Below are positions 1 through 6,904 of a DNA stretch of 21,135 nucleotides, piece after piece. The translations under genes and the position numbers were made by a program. The stretch is from a candidate division WOR-3 bacterium (GTDB lineage Bacteria; Hydrothermota; Hydrothermia; JBDRYB01): assembly GCA_049969615.1 (NCBI GenBank), contig JBMFOM010000023.1, positions 1 to 21,135 on the forward strand, read 5' to 3'. Position 1 is the stretch's first letter, and every line of letters begins with the position of its first letter. The notes beneath the pieces were generated by a model. That model had not been told where the DNA came from. It made no database searches and was given only the letters and a program-made list of their open reading frames with translations.

Positions 1-102
1 GCTGATAAAATAAGGCAATTCCCCGATCCTGCCTCGCTAGGTCCCAGAGCCATCGGCACTTTCGCCGAACTCGTTGATGGTCAAGGACTTAGAATGGGTT
101 GA
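1..102 (+). CDS. Possible 3' end of a gene entering the window (ADKIRQFPDPASLGPRAIGTFAELVDGQGLRMG*)
   Basis: Frame 1 is open from base 1 to TGA at 100-102; no family recognised. Confidence 0.3.
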   Translation, partial: ADKIRQFPDPASLGPRAIGTFAELVDGQGLRMG

Positions 103-106
103 AGGT

Positions 107-131
107 GGGTCGGGTGAGGGTCGGGTGAGGG
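107..131 (+). repeat. 11-bp tandem repeat (GGGTCGGGTGA x2 + GGG) with five GGG runs
   Basis: Read directly: units 107-117 and 118-128, then GGG 129-131. Confidence 0.85.
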
Positions 132-161
132 TTGATCCACAAGCCCCGCGCCCACTATAAT
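132..161 (+). promoter_or_regulatory. sigma70-type promoter of the DUF5362-like gene
   Basis: TTGATC (132-137), 18 bp, TATAAT (156-161); AAGGAG Shine-Dalgarno just before ATG 189. Confidence 0.7.
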
Positions 162-188
162 CTCCAAACTAACCGAAAGGAGACAGAG

Positions 189-554
189 ATGAATGGCGTA
201 ATTGAAAACTACAGGTTGGAGAGCGCCCTACGGGGCATGAAAGGCTGGTTGAAGTTCCTTGGCATAATGATGATCATCATGGGTATCCCCAGCGCGCTCA
301 TGCTCGTGGGTATCCTGTATATATGGCTCGGCGTCGTCCTTTATCAGGCAAGCTCAAGGGCACAGCAGTTCTTAGTTTCCAAGTCATCGGACGACCTGGC
401 TGAATTCGCTTCAAAACTCAAGACCTATTTCCTCGTCACGGGTATCCTCTCCCTCATAGGCATCATCATGGGCGTCATAGGAGGATGTATATACGCCATC
501 ATCGCAATAATGGCAATAGCCTCAGGCGGCTTCCAGGGATTTCAGTCTTACTAG
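189..554 (+). CDS. DUF5362-like small membrane protein (121 aa)
   Basis: MKGWLKFLGI...GILYIWLGVVLYQA...KLKTYF pattern with three hydrophobic segments; start moved to ATG 189 after AAGGAG. Confidence 0.75.
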   Translation: MNGVIENYRLESALRGMKGWLKFLGIMMIIMGIPSALMLVGILYIWLGVVLYQASSRAQQFLVSKSSDDLAEFASKLKTYFLVTGILSLIGIIMGVIGGCIYAIIAIMAIASGGFQGFQSY

Positions 555-574
555 GATATTTACCGGCGAACATA

Positions 575-602
575 GCCCGGCTATCAAGCCGGGCCTTTAT
601 TT
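575..602 (+). terminator. Probable intrinsic terminator
   Basis: Stem GCCCGGCT (575-582), loop ATCA, AGCCGGGC (587-594), then CTTTATTT, 20 nt after the stop codon. Confidence 0.65.
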
Positions 603-609
603 ACCCACC

Positions 610-680
610 TCCTGCGCAGGATCAAACACTTGTGTATTTGGGGAGACCAGGTAGGATCTGAGGCAATGGTTCTAAGCCTT
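610..680. repeat. Dispersed intergenic repeat A, copy 1
   Basis: Nearly identical to 12302-12372; starts with perfect palindrome TCCTGCGCAGGA. Confidence 0.9.
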
Positions 681-696
681 TATGTTCCTTAGGTAT

Positions 697-855
697 CCCA
701 GACTTTGCGGTGCCTGAGTTCCAAAGATAGACTAAGCGAGAGCTCTGATAAAGGGGACAAGGGGCAAACCGGGATTTTTCAGGGGTTTCCTGAGCGATCT
801 TATGTGGGCTGATCCCTTGGCAATTCAAGGCTTACAGCCTACTGCAAAATCTGGG
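697..855. mobile_element. Putative 159-bp MITE with terminal inverted repeats, related to the IS1634-like remnant
   Basis: CCCAGACTTTGCGGT (697-711) vs reverse complement of 841-855 CCCAGATTTTGCAGT (13/15); block 829-858 matches 12968-12997 at 25/30; no target duplication visible. Confidence 0.6.
738..789 (-). repeat. Dispersed repeat B, partial inverted copy
   Basis: Reverse complement GAAACCCCTGAAAAATCCCGGTTTGCCCCTTGTCCC aligns with the left halves of 10200-10307 and 12373-12476. Confidence 0.7.
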
Positions 856-863
856 TTAAAGGG

Positions 864-2057
864 CTACATCTCATTTCCGCCCACGAAAACCTTCCAGGAC
901 AATTTTCTGCCAATCTGGTAAAAGATCTGGGCTGGTTCATCCACATCCAGGACGAGGATATCGGCCCTCTTGCCGGGCGCAAGAACACCGCGATCATCAA
1001 GCCCGAGCGAACGGGCCGCGTTCGCTGTCATGCCAAGTAGGGCCTCTTCAATGGTCAAACCCCCCGCTAAGATGCCTATGGTGGCGGCAAGGGGCAATGA
1101 GAGCGTGGGCGAGGTGCCTGGGTTATGATCCGTGGCAATGGCTACGCGAAGGCCTGCGGCCCTGAATCTTTCAACCGGAGCATAGGGTTTTCTCAGACTG
1201 AAGGATGTGGCAGGGAGCATGACTGCCACGGTTTCAGACTTTGCCATGGCCTCAAGGCCTTCATCAGAGGGGTGTAAAAGGTGATCCGCGGAAACCGCGC
1301 CCCACTTTCCAGCCATTTCCGCGCCGCCGGTATGAGCGAGCTCATCGGCATGAATCTTTAGCTTATAGCCCAGTTCAATAGCCTTGCCGAAAATACGTTC
1401 GGTCTCATCGGGGGTAAAAGCGCCTTGGTCCATGAAAACATCGCAGAAAACAGCAAGCTCACGCGCAGCCGGAAGCATCTCCTCAACAACAAGATCAACA
1501 TAGGCCTTTCTGTTTTCTCCGAATTCAGGCGGAATCGCGTGCGCGCCCATAAAGGTCGGGACGACCTGAAAACCCTCGTGGGACAATCGCTTTGCCACCT
1601 GGAGAAGTCTCATCTCATGCTCAGTTGCCAGGCCATAGCCGGACTTGGACTCTATGGTTGTCACGCCCCAAGAGAGCATCTCGGCGGCCCTCTCCCTGGC
1701 CAGGAGATATAGCTCTTCATCAGAAGCGGCGCGCGTGGCTTTGACAGTTGAGAGTATGCCGCCACCAGCCTTGAGTATTGCGAGGTAATCCGCTCCTCCC
1801 AAACGCTGGGCGAACTCCCCTGCCCTGTTTCCGGCATAAACCAAGTGCGTGTGAGAATCAATGAGGCCTGGCAAAGCACACCGGCCACCGGCATCAATAA
1901 GCTCAGCATCCGGAGGAACCAGAGGCCTTATCTCGTCCTCGGGGCCTATGGCCTTTATCAGTTCGCCCTCAATGAGTATGGCCGCTTCTTTCACGGGGGA
2001 AAGGCCTTTGGCCATTGTGAACGCCTGGGAGAGGTTGTGAACGAAAATGCTTTTCAT
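864..2057 (-). CDS. hutI: Imidazolonepropionase
   Basis: Amidohydrolase motifs PGLIDSHTHLV, GGGILSTV, ESKSGYGL, FMGAHA, IHADEL, SADHL, ATDHNPG. Confidence 0.95.
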   Translation of the reverse strand: MKSIFVHNLSQAFTMAKGLSPVKEAAILIEGELIKAIGPEDEIRPLVPPDAELIDAGGRCALPGLIDSHTHLVYAGNRAGEFAQRLGGADYLAILKAGGGILSTVKATRAASDEELYLLARERAAEMLSWGVTTIESKSGYGLATEHEMRLLQVAKRLSHEGFQVVPTFMGAHAIPPEFGENRKAYVDLVVEEMLPAARELAVFCDVFMDQGAFTPDETERIFGKAIELGYKLKIHADELAHTGGAEMAGKWGAVSADHLLHPSDEGLEAMAKSETVAVMLPATSFSLRKPYAPVERFRAAGLRVAIATDHNPGTSPTLSLPLAATIGILAGGLTIEEALLGMTANAARSLGLDDRGVLAPGKRADILVLDVDEPAQIFYQIGRKLSWKVFVGGNEM

Positions 2058-2170
2058 GGTCTCTAATAGTCTCTAAAACTCACAGGATTTTGCGGAGGAC
2101 AGAAGCTCTGGGGGTAGTTAAGTGGTGTTAAGGAGGGAATTCGTTCCCAAAGCCGTAAAATCCTACGGAA

Positions 2171-2244
2171 TGGGCCCAAGTGGACTTGAACCACTCACCT
2201 CCCGGTTATCAGCCGGGTGCTCTAGCCAACTGAGCTATGGGCCC
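2171..2244 (-). tRNA. tRNA-Ile (GAT), CCA not encoded
   Basis: GGGCCCA acceptor stem, TAGCTCAGTTGGCTAGAGC D arm, CCCGG-CT GAT AA-CCGGG anticodon arm, AGTGG-TTCAAGT-CCACT T arm. Confidence 0.96.
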
Positions 2245-2286
2245 AGGCTGAAAAGGATAAAGCAAGAGCTCGCCCAAATTCAATTA

Positions 2287-2316
2287 TTGCCTCGGCCTCA
2301 ACCCGTGCATTATAAT
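2287..2316 (+). promoter_or_regulatory. sigma70-type promoter of the glutamate dehydrogenase gene
   Basis: TTGCCT (2287-2292), 18 bp, TATAAT (2311-2316); AAGGAGG before ATG 2360. Confidence 0.7.
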
Positions 2317-2359
2317 ATTATCTTGCCCAAAAACCTAATCTTACCTCAAGGAGGCAATC

Positions 2360-3718
2360 ATGCCAACCGAAAGCCTTTACCAGATGGCTCAAAGGCAGTT
2401 TTTTAAGGCCGTTGAAGTCCTAAATCTTCCCCAGTGGATTAGAGATAAGTTCGCGGAGCCTGAGCGCCAACTTACCGTGACCTTCCCAGTGGAGATGGAT
2501 GATGGAACCATAAGGATATTCAAGGGACATAGGGTTGAACACACGACCATACCAGGGCCAGCCAAGGGTGGAATCCGTTTCCACAATCAGGTGGATATGG
2601 ACGAGGTGAAATCCCTCGCCGCTTGGATGACCTGGAAGTGCGGGGTTGTTGGCATACCCTATGGTGGAGGCAAAGGTGGAGTTGAGTTTCCGCCAGACCT
2701 TCACCCCGATCCCAGGGAAAAACCAGGGAAAGGTCAGCGTTCCGTGACCTATAGGGAAAAAGAGAAGATATGCAGGGCATTCTTCGCGGCAATAACCCCA
2801 CTGGTCGGGGTTGACAAGGACATACCAGCGCCGGATGTCTATACCACTCCACAGGACATGGCCTGGATGATGGATGTCCACTCCTTCATAAAGGGACAAC
2901 CTGAACCCGGCGTCATCACCGGAAAGCCGCTGGAGCTGGGTGGATCGCAGGTAAGGGAGGTATCAACCTCTCTGGGCCTCTTCTACACAGTAGAAGAGGC
3001 CGCCAAATACCTGAAGATGTCCATAGCCTCGTCAGTCTCTGCTATCCAGGGATTTGGAAATGTGGGCTGGTTCGCGGCGAAGTTCCTGGCGGAGGCTGGT
3101 TCAAAGGTAATAGCGGTCTCGGATGTGCACGGAGGCATACTCAACAAGAAGGGGCTTGATGTCCATAAGGTCAAGGAGCACGCGAACAAGACCGGAACCG
3201 TTTCAGACTATCCGGATGCCGACAAAATAACCAACGAGGAGCTCCTTGAGCTTGAGGTTGATATACTCGTCCCCGCGGCCATAGAAAGGGTCATAACAGA
3301 GAAAAACGCTCCGAAGATCAAGGCAAAACTCATCGCGGAGGGCGCGAACGGCCCCACTACCATTGAGGCGGATGCCATACTCCACGACAAGGGAATATTC
3401 GTGATACCCGACATCTTGGCCAACGCTGGCGGAGTCACGGTCTCATATCTGGAGTGGGTCCAGGCAAGGTTCCGCTACTGGTGGAAATACGAAGAAGTGG
3501 ACAAGATGCTCTCGGAAATAATGCGCAGGGCGTTCTGGGATACCATTGAAAAATACGAGAAATATAAGATTGATCCCAGAACCGCCGCGCTCGTTCTCTC
3601 CGTGGGCAGGGTAGTGAAGGCCCTGGAGCTTCGCGGGATATTCCCCGGAGGGTTCCTCGGCGTCCCCTCCAAGAGGGAAGAGGAAATGAAGATGTTCAAG
3701 GAAAAACACATGTTCTAG
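2360..3718 (+). CDS. gdhA: Glu/Leu/Phe/Val dehydrogenase family, probable glutamate dehydrogenase
   Basis: GPAKGGIRF, MTWKC, GGGKGG, DIPAPDVYT, ITGKP, QGFGNVG, EGANGP, PDILANAGGVTVSY motifs. Confidence 0.92.
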   Translation: MPTESLYQMAQRQFFKAVEVLNLPQWIRDKFAEPERQLTVTFPVEMDDGTIRIFKGHRVEHTTIPGPAKGGIRFHNQVDMDEVKSLAAWMTWKCGVVGIPYGGGKGGVEFPPDLHPDPREKPGKGQRSVTYREKEKICRAFFAAITPLVGVDKDIPAPDVYTTPQDMAWMMDVHSFIKGQPEPGVITGKPLELGGSQVREVSTSLGLFYTVEEAAKYLKMSIASSVSAIQGFGNVGWFAAKFLAEAGSKVIAVSDVHGGILNKKGLDVHKVKEHANKTGTVSDYPDADKITNEELLELEVDILVPAAIERVITEKNAPKIKAKLIAEGANGPTTIEADAILHDKGIFVIPDILANAGGVTVSYLEWVQARFRYWWKYEEVDKMLSEIMRRAFWDTIEKYEKYKIDPRTAALVLSVGRVVKALELRGIFPGGFLGVPSKREEEMKMFKEKHMF

Positions 3719-3841
3719 GCTTTGTCTCCGATATACTGGTAGCCATGGCTTTTGCCACACTACCCTCAGTAAATCAGGGAACATTTCCCTCGGAACCTGG
3801 GTCTAAAAGATCGTGAAGAGGTTGGTTGACCCTAAGACAGC

Positions 3842-3871
3842 TTGCAATAGTTTGACAGGGGCCTCTATAAT
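3842..3871 (+). promoter_or_regulatory. sigma70-type promoter of the two-lipoprotein operon
   Basis: TTGCAA (3842-3847), 18 bp, TATAAT (3866-3871); AAGGAGG at 3888-3894. Confidence 0.7.
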
Positions 3872-3902
3872 GTTCGGGCTAAACCTTAAGGAGGTTTTTA
3901 AG

Positions 3903-4214
3903 ATGAGGTATCTGACAGCACTACTAGTTGGCGGTGGCCTCCTTCTGACCGTGGGATGCGGTCAGATGGGGCAGGCGGCGAAGGCTCTGGAAGAAATCCA
4001 GACCAGCATCACAGAGGTGAAGGATGATGTGTCTGACCTGGACAAGAGGGTCACGACCCTTGAGGATCAGGTTGAGGCCCTGACCGTTGCCGTTGACTCG
4101 CTGAAGGCAGGGAAGAAGCCCACGACTACCACTGGTGGCGGCGGCAAACCCAAGCCCCCGGTTGGCGGCGGCACCGGCGGCGGCACTGGCGGCAGACCCA
4201 CCGGCGGAAAGTAA
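3903..4214 (+). CDS. Small coiled-coil lipoprotein with Gly/Thr/Pro-rich tail and C-terminal Lys (103 aa)
   Basis: Signal peptide and lipobox MRYLTALLVGGGLLLTVG-C; clear heptads; tail ...GGTGGGTGGRPTGGK; strong SD. Confidence 0.85.
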   Translation: MRYLTALLVGGGLLLTVGCGQMGQAAKALEEIQTSITEVKDDVSDLDKRVTTLEDQVEALTVAVDSLKAGKKPTTTTGGGGKPKPPVGGGTGGGTGGRPTGGK

Positions 4215-4244
4215 TAAAGCTCTTTTAACGGAGGTTAAACAGAC

Positions 4245-5051
4245 ATGAGGAAGATGTATCTCACAGTGGCAGGACTGCTCCTCGTGGGGAGCATGTTCCT
4301 GATGGGCCTAGACTGCGGCGGATCGCAGTCCAACGACATAGGTCTCACCTACACAGTGACCGACAACGGCGGCACGGTGAAGCTGGAGTGGAACCAGATA
4401 GACGGCGCTGACTACTACACCATAGCCGTGGACGGAACGGTCATAGACTCCACAGCGGATAACACCACCACGACCTACAATGTGACCGAGGACAATCCCG
4501 GCAAGGAGATAGTCGTGACAGCGGTCGGAACGGATCCGCTCCTCAGCGGGACCATCACCTTTGACATGGTGGTGAGCTCCGGCGTGAAGGTCTGGTCCAT
4601 GAGGGACCCCTCGCCCGATCATCCTTCCTGGGTGGGCTTTGACGCCTCAGGCAACGCGACGGCAGTTCCATCAACCGGAAAAGAGTCCGCGGCCTGGTAT
4701 ATGAATGATGATGGCAGCGAGGCCTGGTTCGCAACCAACTACGCCGGCGCAGGTGGCTGGAACCCCAACCTGGATGTCGGCTTTGCCATTGAGACCGGCC
4801 CGATTGATAACATACTGGTTGCCCCCGCGCCCGGCAGTTATTTCCAGGACTACCCACACGGTTCCAGCCTCGGCTCCAACCAGTTTGCCACCTTCTGGCT
4901 TGATGCTGGTGCGGATAATGCGATTGGCGTTGGTGACCACTTCGGCAAGTTCGTTGTCACCAACTTCAACGCCAACGACGGCGGCTATCCTTCCGCCACA
5001 TGCAACATCTACTACCAGTCAGAGCCCATGCTCAGGTGGGTTGTTGACTGA
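4245..5051 (+). CDS. Acidic beta-rich lipoprotein, N-terminal FnIII/Ig-like domain, unknown function
   Basis: GGAGG SD; hydrophobic signal ending GLD-C; VKLEWNQIDGADYYTIAVDG FnIII-like motif. Confidence 0.75.
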   Translation: MRKMYLTVAGLLLVGSMFLMGLDCGGSQSNDIGLTYTVTDNGGTVKLEWNQIDGADYYTIAVDGTVIDSTADNTTTTYNVTEDNPGKEIVVTAVGTDPLLSGTITFDMVVSSGVKVWSMRDPSPDHPSWVGFDASGNATAVPSTGKESAAWYMNDDGSEAWFATNYAGAGGWNPNLDVGFAIETGPIDNILVAPAPGSYFQDYPHGSSLGSNQFATFWLDAGADNAIGVGDHFGKFVVTNFNANDGGYPSATCNIYYQSEPMLRWVVD

Positions 5052-5074
5052 GCTGTAGACCCACGATAAAACCG

Positions 5075-5097
5075 GGGGCCGAAAGGCCCCTTTTTTT
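5075..5097 (+). terminator. Intrinsic terminator
   Basis: GGGGCC-GAAA-GGCCCC followed by T7. Confidence 0.9.
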
Positions 5098-5233
5098 ATC
5101 TCTGGAAATTCTAACAATGGCCTCGGCAGAAAAAAATAAATGAGGCCTCTGATATAGCCTTGTGCTCAGGGCAAACAGGGCGGGCACGGAACCGATAAGG
5201 TCTCCGAGCCACAGCGCAGGAGAGACCTGTGCC

Positions 5234-5425
5234 CTACTTTGGCTTGTTCGGCCTGCCGTCTGCTGGAAAGACCTTCTCGTATATCAGGTCGTATTCCTTG
5301 GCGAGCTGGTCTATCCTGCCCTTGAGCTGGTCAGCGTAGGTCTTATTCTCCTCAACCATCGCCTCCACCTTAGCTATCTTCTTCTCCAGGATTGAAGGAT
5401 AACGAAACGACACGTCGGAATTCAA
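5234..5425 (-). CDS. Small coiled-coil hypothetical protein (63 aa), downstream of tldD
   Basis: TTG start 3 nt after the tldD stop; amphipathic helical composition. Confidence 0.6.
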   Translation of the reverse strand: MNSDVSFRYPSILEKKIAKVEAMVEENKTYADQLKGRIDQLAKEYDLIYEKVFPADGRPNKPK

Positions 5426-5428
5426 GAT

Positions 5429-6868
5429 CTAAAATTCCGCGTTCCCGACCCTCACGCGCCTGAACAGGGAAGGGCTGGTGCCGTGGCCAACGCGCATGGT
5501 CTGGCCCGGCTCGCCCTTGCCGCAGTTGGGTACACCCCAAAGCTCCCAGTCCTTGCCCACTGCCGTGAGCTTTGCCCAGAATTTCGGGGTTATGTCCGAG
5601 TATATGGGGTTTCTGACCATCTCCGCGAGCTTGCCCTTGCGTATCCGGTAGCCTATCTCGGTTCCAAACTGGAAGTTTAGGCGCTTCTGGTCTATTGACC
5701 AGGACCTGTTCGTGTCAATGAAAAGTCCATCGTCAACCATGGCGAGAAGCTCCTCAAAGCTCTTGTCGCCAGGCAACATGCTCACATTAACCATGCGCAC
5801 GATGGGTATCCTGTTCCAGGATGAGGCCCTGGCCGCGGCCGTTGATGGCTTGCCAATGGCAGGAGAGGTATCCTTTGACGAGAGATAGTTCACGAGTATC
5901 CCGTCCTTTATGAGGGGTTCTGTTCTTGCAGATGTCCCCTCGTCATCCCAACCAAAGGTGCCTAGACCGCCTGGAGCCTTTGTATCCGCGACGATGTTCA
6001 GGAGGGGGGAACCGTAGCGGAAATTGCCCAGCTTCTCAAGGGTAGCGAAGGATGTCCCCGCAAAGGATGCCTCGTAGCCCAGGACCCTGTCCAGCTCAAG
6101 GGCATGGCCGATGGACTCGTGGACTTGGAGGGCCATCTGATTCGTTCCAATGATTATGTCCATCTCGCCCTCGGGCGCGGGTTGTGCCTTCAGGAGGCCC
6201 GCGGCCTCGGATGCGACGCGCTCCGCGTGCGCCAGCATATCCAGTTCCTCCACGAACTCCCAGCCTCCGGCGCGCATGTTGCCGCTATGGCTAGCTGGAT
6301 AAGACCTCTGCTGGAGAAGCCCGTTGCCCATCGCGTAGGCTGTGTAGCCGGCGCCAGTGTGGTATATTGTTTGTTCGGTAAAACTGCCCCTGGTGTCCGC
6401 GAATATCTTGTGGTCTCTGATGAAACGAAGGTGAGAAATGCGCAGTTTTACGGCTCCCTCGTGCGAAAGGACCTCATCCACCCTCATCAGGAGGCCTATC
6501 TTATCCTCAGTGGAAACGGAGAAGGGGTCTTTTTTTATCGGGGTGACGTATGTACCGACCGCGGGCTCCTCGTGTACGAGCTCATAGGTCTTTCCACCGG
6601 GCACGGACGCGGCCCTGGCCATAGCGGCCGCGCGACGAACAACCCTCTCGGCCTCTTCTGCGGTCAACCTATTGCTGGAAGCAAAACCCATGAACCCTTT
6701 GATGAAAACTCTAACCCCAAATCCAATCTCATCGCCCATGGAAAAACTGTCAACCTGGCCGTTCTTGATGGTGATGCCCTCTTCCTTGCTTGAAACCACA
6801 CGGACATCGGCGTAATCAGGCCTCTCCTGCTCAAGAAAACCGAGAACGAGTTTGACGAAGTCCTTCAT
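5429..6868 (-). CDS. tldD: TldD/PmbA family metalloprotease, TldD-type catalytic subunit
   Basis: HESIGH zinc motif, GFGVRV, DDEG, PIVRMVN, NFQF, CGKGEPGQ; start placed at ATG 6868 from promoter geometry. Confidence 0.9.
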   Translation of the reverse strand: MKDFVKLVLGFLEQERPDYADVRVVSSKEEGITIKNGQVDSFSMGDEIGFGVRVFIKGFMGFASSNRLTAEEAERVVRRAAAMARAASVPGGKTYELVHEEPAVGTYVTPIKKDPFSVSTEDKIGLLMRVDEVLSHEGAVKLRISHLRFIRDHKIFADTRGSFTEQTIYHTGAGYTAYAMGNGLLQQRSYPASHSGNMRAGGWEFVEELDMLAHAERVASEAAGLLKAQPAPEGEMDIIIGTNQMALQVHESIGHALELDRVLGYEASFAGTSFATLEKLGNFRYGSPLLNIVADTKAPGGLGTFGWDDEGTSARTEPLIKDGILVNYLSSKDTSPAIGKPSTAAARASSWNRIPIVRMVNVSMLPGDKSFEELLAMVDDGLFIDTNRSWSIDQKRLNFQFGTEIGYRIRKGKLAEMVRNPIYSDITPKFWAKLTAVGKDWELWGVPNCGKGEPGQTMRVGHGTSPSLFRRVRVGNAEF

Positions 6869-6874
6869 GTTCAT

Positions 6875-6904
6875 ATTTTGGTGCAGAGACACAGCGAGTT
6901 TCAA
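6875..6904 (-). promoter_or_regulatory. Putative leaderless promoter of tldD
   Basis: TTGAAA (6904-6899), 18 bp, CAAAAT (6880-6875), 6 bp, ATG. Confidence 0.55.

Noticed and set aside
622-828. 68-aa ORF, and the 93-aa ORF at 12268-12549 sharing LEPLPQ.LPGLPKYTSV
   Set aside because: The shared peptide comes from translating repeat A; there is no independent coding evidence.
2122-2406. 94-aa ORF
   Set aside because: Spurious translation across the antisense of the tRNA and the gdhA promoter.
3852-3857. Perfect TTGACA as the -35 box
   Set aside because: Only 8 bp from TATAAT at 3866; TTGCAA at 3842 fits the spacing instead.
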